Below, piece by piece: positions 23,581 through 33,489 of a stretch of 52,679 nucleotides of DNA (positions are counted from its first letter, which is position 1; each line of letters opens with the position of its first letter). The notes under the pieces were generated by a model. The model saw only the letters and a list, made by a program, of their open reading frames with translations. It had not been told where the DNA came from and searched no databases. Source of the stretch: Octopus bimaculoides (lineage: Eukaryota); contig NC_068981.1 of the NCBI RefSeq assembly GCF_001194135.2, positions 73,263,048-73,315,726 of the forward strand, written 5' to 3'. The translations under genes and the position numbers were made by a program.

Positions 23581-24769
23581 AGGAATCCTTGTGCCATCCC
23601 AAAATAGCACCAAGAGCCCCTCACCACAGAAATAGTAGCCCTTGATATTAATTGAAGGCCTTATGTAAACTCTTTAATTAAAGCTAGTTTGTTAGTTGTA
23701 CATACTGGGCCCTCGTGGGTGTTCCTATAATAATATCCCTATCTCTTCACCAAAATATCCGAGCTTAAATTCTACTACCCACCCATAACAACTACCTTCA
23801 TTTTATACTTATTAAGCCATTTCTCCTTAATATAACCCACTCATCCCCTTTAACAAGTGCCAGATTTTTCAGTCACGAACCTAATTGAGAACACAGAGGG
23901 CATGGTTATTTAACCCCAATGTTAAAACCCACTAGTAACTAATTCTATTTTTTCCGTACCTTTTATACCATGAATGAGCTTGTTGGCATTTGTTGCAATC
24001 TGGACTTAATTTTTCAACCAGTATACTGGTCTACCTCCACTTAAAGTACACCCTATTAGTCCTACCGACTTAGGAACAGCACTACTCCACTGTAGTATTT
24101 AACTTAAATTTAAGAACTTAATGTTACCTTTCCCCCACTCTAGATTGTATAAGTCTGTATTTGGGCACTGAAGTAGATGACCTCCCATGATATATTAGTA
24201 CACTTGGGCTTATGGTGTATGAATGAACGTGAAATTTTGTGGTAGACCCAGTATGGCTGCATCCATGCAAGGGTTAATATAATTAATACATTTATTGATA
24301 TGAACAATGTCATTTTTCGTATATCATAATACATATTAAGTAAGATTTAATAAACTGTGGTGAGACCTGCAGTTTGTAACCATGGTAGTTATTAGCAAGC
24401 GATTTAATTTTTAAACGCTTAAATGTATGGGGTTTTTGTACTTTTGCCCGACTGATATTGGCAGCGGAAACAGCCGTAAGAAATGCTATGTTATGTTTTA
24501 TATTAAAAATAATCAACCAATATTTGTCAATTTGTTTGTTTTTTGATCAACAGTTTTCTCCATTTTCTGCTTATTTGAATTTGACTGTTGATAAACTTTT
24601 GTTTGTTCTATTGTTACCTGTACCCTATGAGTATAGTGTGCTTGCATTCCCATGCCCAGGGATAACATAGGTTAATGATACTGATAGTAAGAACGGATAC
24701 TATTATCCCTTAGGCAATTATTCCAACCGTTAACTCAGCTTGCCACACACATATATATATATATATCCG

Positions 24770-25020
24770 AGTAATCACATAAATGTGAAACAAGGTGAGA
24801 AAATATAGTACTCGAATACCGGAGGTAGAGTAATATGATTTATTATTAAAGCTGCAAAAACATCTCAATCACAAAATATCACAAAAAACTGCTACTCAGG
24901 GTTTCACTTTCCCGTTCATCGGGCAGTTGTGATCACAACTGCCCGATAAACGGGAACGTAAACCTCTGAGTAGCAGATTTTTGTGATACTTTTGTGATGT
25001 TTTTGCAGCTTTAATAATAA
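24770..25020. mobile_element. PLE-like terminal repeat with head-to-head inverted partial copy (about 180 bp palindrome at 24840-25020)
   Basis: Loopless centre TGTGATCACA at 24928-24937; arms end TTATTATTAAAGCTGCAAAAACATC and GATGTTTTTGCAGCTTTAATAATAA. Bounded by (TA)n and (CA)n. Confidence 0.8.
24887..24928 (-). ncRNA. Type I hammerhead-like motif with U4C core variant
   Basis: Minus strand: AACUGC CCGAUGA AC gggaaa GU GAAA C ccuga GU A GCAGUU, with a perfect 6 bp stem I. A more decayed mirror copy is on the plus strand at about 24937-24978. Confidence 0.65.
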
Positions 25021-25049
25021 AACACACACACACACGCACGCATACACAC

Positions 25050-25136
<87 letters not shown>

Positions 25137-25241
25137 ACAAAGTAAAGTTTGGTGTTACCGCACTAGTAAAAATATAATGAAAAGAATCCGAAAATGCAGG
25201 AGTCTTTTAAAAGTATTTATTAACGTAACCGATTTAATTGT

Positions 25242-25503
25242 GTACACAAGAAAGTCTATGGCGTGAAGCTGAAGAAAAAGGCACCAAAAGCCATAAAAAG
25301 ATCAAGTTGTTCGTTGAAAAGATGATGCGGACCAAGGACGTTCGTATTGACACAAAGCTGAACAAACACATTTGGTGTAAAGGCATCCGACATGTACCTT
25401 TCCGCATTCGTGTTAAGCTTTCTCGCCGACGTAATGAAGATGAGGATTCATCACACAGACTCTACACACTTGTCTCTCATGTTCCATGAAAAGATTTTCA
25501 AAA
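25242..25503 (+). pseudogene. RPL31: 60S ribosomal protein L31 pseudogene fragment
   Basis: [19 protein letters not shown], then a 1 nt deletion near 25297, then [65 protein letters not shown]. No start codon, premature TGA at 25487. Confidence 0.93.
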
Positions 25504-25800
25504 GTAAAGCGTGAGCTTTTGTCTATCTTCTGTGGCGTCAAATATTAGTTTACAAAAATGTATTCAAATCAAGTGAGTTTTTCACAATGATAAGATAAGG
25601 TTTAAAGCTTTGTGTATCCTATGTGATGAGTCAAAAAATAGTTTACGTTAAAACATTCAGATTACGTAATAAAAATTCTTTTATAAGATGAAAATTAGTT
25701 TAAATGAATATATCCCGATCAAATAATAGAATCTTTGACAAGAACATAAAATATATAACAGGCCATTTAAAGTTCACGGATCTGGTTTCTAAGGCTCTTT

Positions 25801-26218
25801 CATCTGGCTGGAGTTTGGCAATTTTTCTGTATAAAATGTTCCTTTTATCCGAAAATGATAAATGTTAATGATATATCGCTTAAATGCCAATGTCATCCAG
25901 TATTCATTTTCAGGTGTAAAATTAGTGTGGGTGGCTGATGATCACAAGTCATAGTATAGTTGACGATTGATCAGAATGTTTCGAGTGTGCTTATATGTCT
26001 CACATCTGGCTGGAGTTTCCCAGTTATAAAACAGAGTTGCAGTTCTTCTGCATAAAATCTTCCTTTTATCTAAAAATGGTAAATATTAATGATATACCCG
26101 CTAAATACCAATGTCATCCAATATTCGTTTTCGGGTGTAAAGCAGTGTGGGTGGCTGATGGTCATAGGTCACAATGTAGCTGACGATAGGTAAAAAGGTT
26201 TTGAATACGCTTATATGT
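25801..26218. repeat. Diverged two-copy tandem duplication (about 200 and 216 bp units)
   Basis: Both units start CATCTGGCTGGAGTTT (25801, 26003), share CCAATGTCATCCA and GTGTGGGTGGCTGATG, and end GCTTATATGT (25998, 26218). Confidence 0.9.
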
Positions 26219-26289
26219 GCGACTTATGAGTAAACAACGGTGTGTAATCTGCGTGTCAGTGCATGTGTGTATGTTTTTTCTAGAAAATT

Positions 26290-26820
26290 TAGATAGCGTG
26301 ATGGTGGTGGTGGTGGTGGGGGGGTATGTGTGTGTGTGCGTTCCAATTGTGTGTGTGTACGTGTGTGTCTATGCGTGTGCACGTGTGTGCGCGTGTATAT
26401 GTCTATGTTGTGGTTGTCAGAACGGTGTATGTGTACGTATGGATGCGTGTGTGTGTACGCCGGTGAATGTGTGTGTTATATTTATCGGGGTGGTGTGTGT
26501 ATATGTGTACGTGTGTATGCGTGTGTATGTGTTATATTTGTCAGGGTGCTGTGTGTCTATGTGTGTGTGCGTAGCGTTGATCAGAGCGGTGTGTGCGTGC
26601 GCTTAGGTATGTGTGTGTGTGTCTGTATATATATATATATGTGTGTTATAATTGTCCGGGGTTGTGCGTATGTGTGTAAGTGTGCATATGTATTTATGTG
26701 TGAGTTATATTGGTCAGGGCGCTGTGTGTGTGTCCGTGTGTGTGCATGTGGATGTGTGTTCCTGGGAAATAAGAGTATTGTATTTATGTGTGAATGCGTG
26801 TAGGGAGTGTGTGTGTGTGT
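26290..26820. repeat. Degenerate TG-rich minisatellite, period about 45-70 bp
   Basis: Recurrent GTTATATT(T/G)GTCAGGG-like anchor at about 26475, 26530, 26576, 26645 and 26704 within TG runs. Confidence 0.7.
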
Positions 26821-26869
26821 AGGAATTACAGTATTGCCTAGTTGTTCCGACACTAGTCGATAGTCCAAG

Positions 26870-28390
26870 TATATTTTTTAGAATATTAAAGTATGTTTAA
26901 TTATGGTCTCTACTTTCGGAGAAAAATGTTTTCTTTACTTATTCGTGTTTGTTCAGTGGTGCTGTCTGGGCAAAGGTACAGAGGGAAAATTTAGAATTTG
27001 GGGGACTTATTTTTCGCACTGAGATCTAAGTGGCCATTGAGTGATATTTGTCTTGTGGTGGGATCCCGAAATTGTTGGCGGTGGACTGTCATTCTGTCTC
27101 TGAGGGTAAGGCTAGTTTGTCCTACGTAATCATTGTGGCACCCTTTACATATAATGACATAAAGTAAATCTTTTGATGCACCGGTGAAGTTACTTTTTAC
27201 GACAAAAGTGTGTCCAGATTGAAATTTATACATTGCGTCTTCCATGAGGAGAATGCAAGTCCCGTCATAAGAGCGACCACATTTTCTGATGGTTGGCGTT
27301 TGGCTTGTGGTGGGTAATTTTGCATTTGTGAGTAATTTTTTAAAGGATTTAGGTTGTCTCTTGCTTTTTTTTGTTTCCTCGGTTTCGAGTGCATCTTTTA
27401 ACAGTTGGTCTTGATTCAGCAGTGGGATGCTCTTGTGTACAATGGTGTACGCTTCTGCATTTCTTGGGTTGTGTTGAGAGATATGGAAGAATATTTAGTG
27501 TATCTTAAACGTACTTCGGTTTTCGTAAATCTTGGATGTTGATTGACTTACCCTGCCCTATTCCATTATCAATCAATGGTGATAGGTACTGTCTTTCTAG
27601 TAGAATTTCCTTTTATTCTTGAAGTCTTTTGTCCCGCGTTTCATAATTTGAGACAATTGTAAAAATTCTTCTCGCTAGATTAAAAAGAATGTTTGTCTTC
27701 GTGTGCTTTGGGTGGTTGGAGGTGAATAGAAGGTATTGTTTGGAATCAGTCGGTTTGTAGTGGAAATCAGTTTCAATTTTTGTTTCTTTTTTATGATTAA
27801 GATGTCTAGAAATGGGAGTTAGTCTTGACTATATTAGAATGAGAATTGGATATGATTGTTCATGCTGTTAATTAGATTTTTGAATTCATTGAGTTGGTCG
27901 AATGTGTGAGACTATAGAATGAGACAGTCATCCAAGTAGTGCTTCCAATTCTCTAACAGGTACTTGTAGAAATCCAGGCCGTATTTTAATTTGGATTGTT
28001 CATATATTTGGACTTCCAGGTAGACAATAACTAGGGTAGTGTAAGTAAGGGCAACTTTTATACCCATCGTAGTCCCTGATATCTGTTTACAGATGTTATC
28101 ATTAAAGAAGTTTAAAAGTTAAAAAAGTTGTTTTGCAAAATGAATGTAAGTCCCTCGATGATAACATCTTTTTCTATTCTATACGGGATCTCATTTGGGG
28201 TATTTTTCCTGTCAGAACCTTATTGCTGCCCGTCCGTATTGGTGTGGAATCGTAGTGTAGTGGTTTCTCACATCAAAGGAGCTGATGACTTTGTTGGCGC
28301 GTTTAGGGAGGTGGTTTAGGAGATCCAGGTCGTCTCTTACAATACTTGGAGTGTATTTGAGACCTTTAGAAACCAGATCCGAGAACTTTA
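26870..28390 (-). mobile_element. Penelope-like retroelement relic: RT plus C-terminal GIY-YIG endonuclease
   Basis: Minus-strand motifs: SFDVRNHYTTIPHQYG, QISGTTMG (about 28062-28085), WKHYLDDCLI (27921-27947), LPFLDILI, YKPTDSKQYLLFTSNHPKH, and ORF 26991..27245 LYVIICKGCHNDYVGQTSLTLRDRMTVH. Many stops. Confidence 0.93.
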
Positions 28391-28404
28391 AATGGTCTGT
28401 TATA

Positions 28405-28790
28405 TATTTTATTTTCTTGTCAGAGACTCTATTACTTGATCAGGACATATGCCTGAAAACTAATATTTATATTCTTATCATTGTAAAACATTTATTACTT
28501 GATCTGGATAAACTATTTCTTAACTCATCACAGGGGATACATTATTTTATCTTCTTGTCAAAAACTCTATTACTTGATCGAGATATATTTATGTAAACTA
28601 ATTGTTTCTTATTATTATAAAAAAAAATATTACCTGATGTGAGTGCTTTTACGTAAACTATATTTTGACTTATCACAGAGGATACACAAAGCCTGACAAC
28701 TTTTCTTATCATTGCCAAAACTCTATCGTTTGATTTGAATACGTTTATGTAAACTAATTTTTGACACCACAGAGGTTACACAAATCTTCA
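28405..28790. repeat. Old degenerate tandem repeat, about 65-75 bp subunits in a 140-155 bp period
   Basis: ACTCTATTACTTGATC-like blocks at about 28425, 28490, 28563 and 28720; CACAG(A/G)GGATACA-like blocks at about 28530, 28675 and 28770. Confidence 0.6.
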
Positions 28791-29652
28791 CTCTGTATAT
28801 ATATATATATATATATNNNNNNNNNNNNNNNNNNNNNNNNNNNNNNNNNNNNNNNNNNNNNNNNNNNNNNNNNNNNNNNNNNNNNNNNNNNNNNNNNNNN
28901 NNNNNNNNNNNNNNNNNNNNNNNNNNNNNNNNNNNNNNNNNNNNNNNNNNNNNNNNNNNNNNNNNNNNNNNNNNNNNNNNNNNNNNNNNNNNNNNNNNNN
29001 NNNNNNNNNNNNNNNNNNNNNNNNNNNNNNNNNNNNNNNNNNNNNNNNNNNNNNNNNNNNNNNNNNNNNNNNNNNNNNNNNNNNNNNNNNNNNNNNNNNN
29101 NNNNNNNNNNNNNNNNNNNNNNNNNNNNNNNNNNNNNNNNNNNNNNNNNNNNNNNNNNNNNNNNNNNNNNNNNNNNNNNNNNNNNNNNNNNNNNNNNNNN
29201 NNNNNNNNNNNNNNNNNNNNNNNNNNNNNNNNNNNNNNNNNNNNNNNNNNNNNNNNNNNNNNNNNNNNNNNNNNNNNNNNNNNNNNNNNNNNNNNNNNNN
29301 NNNNNNNNNNNNNNNNNNNNNNNNNNNNNNNNNNNNNNNNNNNNNNNNNNNNNNNNNNNNNNNNNNNNNNNNNNNNNNNNNNNNNNNNNNNNNNNNNNNN
29401 NNNNNNNNNNNNNNNNNNNNNNNNNNNNNNNNNNNNNNNNNNNNNNNNNNNNNNNNNNNNNNNNNNNNNNNNNNNNNNNNNNNNNNNNNNNNNNNNNNNN
29501 NNNNNNNNNNNNNNNNNNNNNNNNNNNNNNNNNNNNNNNNNNNNNNNNNNNNNNNNNNNNNNNNNNNNNNNNNNNNNNNNNNNNNNNNNNNNNNNNNNNN
29601 NNNNNNNNNNNNNNNNNNNNNNNNNNNNNNNNNNNNNNNNNNNNNNNNNNNN

Positions 29653-29687
<35 letters not shown>

Positions 29688-30678
29688 TCTGTGTGTGTTT
29701 ATGCATGCATTTATATGTGTGTATATTTGATTGCATGTATGTAGTTATATATTCACATGATTTCATTTGGGAAGAAAGAGTGAGGTAGTACTCAGTCAGA
29801 GTTTCTCCAGGGTTTTTTTTTATTTAAACGTCTCTATAAAAACAAGTTGGGTATTTAAGGTGAATAACAAAAGCATAAACATGAAATCGACAATAATAGA
29901 CCAGTTCAATTTTAAGCTCCTCATATAATAAAATGGTTTCAGAATGTGTCTTACAACATAATTATACGCTTGCTCGAGAAAGTAAAAAAAAGATGATGTC
30001 AGGTTGCAGACATCAGAAGAAATTTATTTTTAAATATAGTCGGAAATACGAACAAGACAGACAAACGAATACACAACAAAAGTGAAAAAAACCTATGAAT
30101 GTATGACAATGCTAAGACCAACAAAATAACAAACCACGAGAATCTGGCTACAAAAAGAATGAAACATTGACGTAAAAATGAATAATACATAGTAACACTG
30201 AAGTAGAAATGACGTTGAGAGGACATTAAATAAATAATTAGATAAATTTCATGCATATACATTTATATAAGCACACATACTAGATTCACTCGTTTAAAAA
30301 GAAAATACACATACATATATATANNNNNNNNNNNNNNNNNNNNNNNNNNNNNNNNNNNNNNNNNNNNNNNNNNNNNNNNNNNNNNNNNNNNNNNNNNNNN
30401 NNNNNNNNNNNNNNNNNNNNNNNNNNNNNNNNNNNNNNNNNNNNNNNNNNNNNNNNNNNNNNNNNNNNNNNNNNNNNNNNNNNNNNNNNNNNNNNNNNNN
30501 NNNNNNNNNNNNNNNNNNNNNNNNNNNNNNNNNNNNNNNNNNNNNNNNNNNNNNNNNNNNNNNNNNNNNNNNNNNNNNNNNNNNNNNNNNNNNNNNNNNN
30601 NNNNNNNNNNNNNNNNNNNNNNNNNNNNNNNNNNNNNNNNNNNATATATATATATATGTATGTATATTTCGTTTTTGG

Positions 30679-30718
<40 letters not shown>

Positions 30719-30934
30719 GCACAAACATGCGCATGTCTTCTCATGAATGTATGCTTCGGTGTGAACGCATAATCAGGCATATGTGGATATGTGAATTTAT
30801 ATACTCTCAAAACATTCTGTAACAAGAGCATGTGCACACACACACACACACGCACACACATATATGTACACATAAATTCGTGTGTATGAATGAACGTGTT
30901 TTCACACACACACACATAATAACTTTCATAACTT

Positions 30935-31365
30935 GGATAGGTTTCGGCCAGTATAGGCCCAGGCCATGTCACCACCGGGTGAAGTTTTTAAATCATATAT
31001 GGGGCACCATAGCCCACTCTAACAAAGAGTTGTTATTGTTGGAGACATATCCGGGTGTAGGAGGCTGGCCCGGGGTGTTTTGAAGAAATTTGCCCAGTGA
31101 ACATTTGACTGTTATGGGATCCGTTTCCGTTTTGACATATTTTGGTATGGTATTAAAGAAAGCTGGACCGGTTGAGGTAAAGTAGTTGTGACGCAATGTT
31201 CTGTGTCCTGAGTTCGATTTTTGTAGTGGGTGGATAGCAGGGGGAGAAGTCTTGGGTGGATTTTAAAATTGATGCCAACATTATTTGTGCAATATTGATG
31301 GAATATTTTCCACATCACACAAATGTTGTAGCGCTGCCGCTACGTTCGTTGGAGAGAGTAGAGAT
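30935..31365 (-). mobile_element. CR1/L2-group LINE 3' fragment
   Basis: YSLQR...RYNICVMWKIF...FKIHPRL, then RHNYFTSTGPAFFNTIP...PGQPPTPGYVSNNNNSLLEW, typical of a CR1-group ORF2 C-terminus. Confidence 0.82.
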
Positions 31366-31527
31366 TGAGTTTTTTTAGTCGACCCCAATAGTCAATGCTG
31401 TTACGTAACAGAGAAATAGTCTAATAAAAATAGAACATAAAAGCAATTTCGCAAATGGCACGATGAATAGTATAACATCCCTAAAATATAAAACAGCGAA
31501 ACAAGCTAGAAGATAACGAACAAAAAA

Positions 31528-31579
<52 letters not shown>

Positions 31580-31723
31580 AAAAGATATTTGAGACAAAGA
31601 CAATGTTCCACAAAAAGAAGCAGCGCAAAGTAATATAACAAAATAATATTAAAACATCAATTTGAATAATAGGTATTTGCTTCAATGTGTATAAAGTGGT
31701 GTGAACTGAATGCACAATAGTTC

Positions 31724-31762
31724 TGATCTGAAGATCGCAGTAGCATGAAACTCAAGTCGTCA
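31724..31762 (+). ncRNA. Degenerate hammerhead-like motif
   Basis: UGAU CUGAAGA ucgc agua gcau GAAA C ucaa GU C GUCA: intact core, 4 bp stem I, stem II partly broken. Confidence 0.45.
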
Positions 31763-31849
31763 ATCAAAGAATTCCCATATAAGATGATTCTCGTAGAACA
31801 TCACATAAAGTTATAAATAATAATATGTAAATATTGGGCTGAAAATCCC

Positions 31850-31933
31850 TTTGGATAGTAAAAGCCGAAGGTTGCCCGTGGGACTCGAAATCGCCATCTT
31901 CTTTAGATCAGTCAGGCGTTCTACTATTGGAAC
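31850..31933 (-). mobile_element. tRNA-like SINE head
   Basis: Minus strand: CCAATAGTAGAACGCCTGAC...GGCGATTTCGAGTCCC, degenerate box A and box B. Confidence 0.45.
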
Positions 31934-33189
31934 AAAACAATCCTTAACATTTCTCTATCTATTTTAGAAACTTTATTTTTATCAGCGAGAATTGTGTGTT
32001 GTTTCCGTCATGCGTATTTTTATAAACGTTCGAGAGATAATTCTTTTTTTTTTTTGGAACATTGGATATCGAAGCGCATCACATAATGCTATAAATACAA
32101 GTATGTAAATATTGGATGTTTCGAAATCAAATTTTAGTTTCAGGCTGTTTATACAATTATTTATGTAGAAATTTCTGGTGGGGTTAATGATCTTTGGCTT
32201 TTAGCATCTATGGCCCATATCTCATCTTGCATCTAATCGCGTCCCCCGAATGTTGATATGAGTACTTGTGCAACACACACGTTATAAGCCATTGATTTAT
32301 TTATGCAGAGAGCTCTTAAAGTCATATTTGTAATCCGGATATTAAATACCCTTTTTGCACATTTTTGTTGCAAGTGCCATCATATATCGTGCCATATAGC
32401 TAATAAAAAGATTTTCTTTTGCTATTTTCCATCAGTCGCATAAATCATTATAAGTTCATAACTCCAAGAAAAATGTACTTCATAACTTTGGTCTCTTTCA
32501 TAACAAAAGCTAATAAGATTACATTTACCTTTTCCGTTATTGTTTTTCTTCCGATTTTCTCTGGTATTGTTGATATTGTATTATGCAACCGTATTGATCG
32601 CACTAAATCACTGCATGGTGAATTCAAGTTTGAGACGGATACTACTAAAATATTGAATAAAAAGCTTCTTCATTAATGGCGATCAAAAGAATAACCAGTT
32701 ATTTACAAAAGCTGATAATTGGGGCTTTAATATCGGAGATAGCATTCATTGCAAATTTAATGCATCCTCTCCAAGCGCTGTAATATTCAGTAATGAGTCT
32801 CTGACACAAATGTCGAGCTGAGTTCCAAATGACATCAAACTAGGTTATCGCAATGGATCTAGTTTGTTGTTCCTCTCTTTTTATCCAATAACCAATTTTC
32901 AAATATAAAGTTAGTGGTGACATTTATAAACCATTAAATTGTTGGGACACCATACAATGTTTAAGTTGAACATATGTAGAGTATGCCTGCTCCGTTGATC
33001 CCATCTCTTTAAAAGCTATATCATAACAGCGTTGAACTTCGCGCTGGATGCGATTGAAGTATTTATCAAGTATCAGTCTTCACTTTGACCTCATTTCACC
33101 ATTCTTTCCTTATCTTGTGTAAACCTCCACACAACTATAAAATGTGCTCGTGATTTCCTACTCATCATGTCCTTGTAGCAAATAAATTA

Positions 33190-33190
33190 C

Positions 33191-33228
<38 letters not shown>

Positions 33229-33487
33229 GAATTATTATTTGATGAAAACTCTTAGCTTATTTTGCTGGGTATGATGGAAAGTGTCAGCTGTCACAGTCAA
33301 CAGACTAAGATAGCATTTGCTTACTGATCATGTTTCAAGAATCCTGCGGAAAATTCTAGCAGTTTCAAGCAATGAGGACTTTTGAAGGTGTTCTTTCTTT
33401 ACATTTGTACTAATCTTTTTCAGCCATGTTAGTAGATGAGTGCTTATACTTCCAAGCGCGCCGATTACTACTAGTATCACGTCTACG
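33190..33487 (-). mobile_element. 5'-truncated R4/Dong-like LINE 3' end with (TAA)n tail
   Basis: Minus strand: VILVVIGALGSISTHLLTWLKKI...EHLQKSSLLETARIFRRILET*, short UTR, then (TAA)n at about 33190-33228. Confidence 0.82.
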
Positions 33488-33489
33488 CT

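Larger units (their letters stand above)
6492..30643. other. Assembly gaps at 6492-7246, 8640-9014, 9675-10167, 11432-11517, 16954-17012, about 28817-29653 and 30324-30643 (not one contiguous feature)
   Basis: N runs; five abut simple repeats and one sits in a foldback spacer. All X-rich ORFs in the track are artefacts of these gaps. Confidence 0.99.

Noticed and set aside
23590-24130. Minus-strand traces of a LINE RT (KEKWLNKYKMKVVV, GTP)
   Set aside because: Too degenerate to distinguish from chance by eye.
32200-33060. Coding-like composition on the minus strand (RYMMALATKMCKKG...YPDYKYDF)
   Set aside because: Many stops in all frames and no family recognised. blastx would decide.
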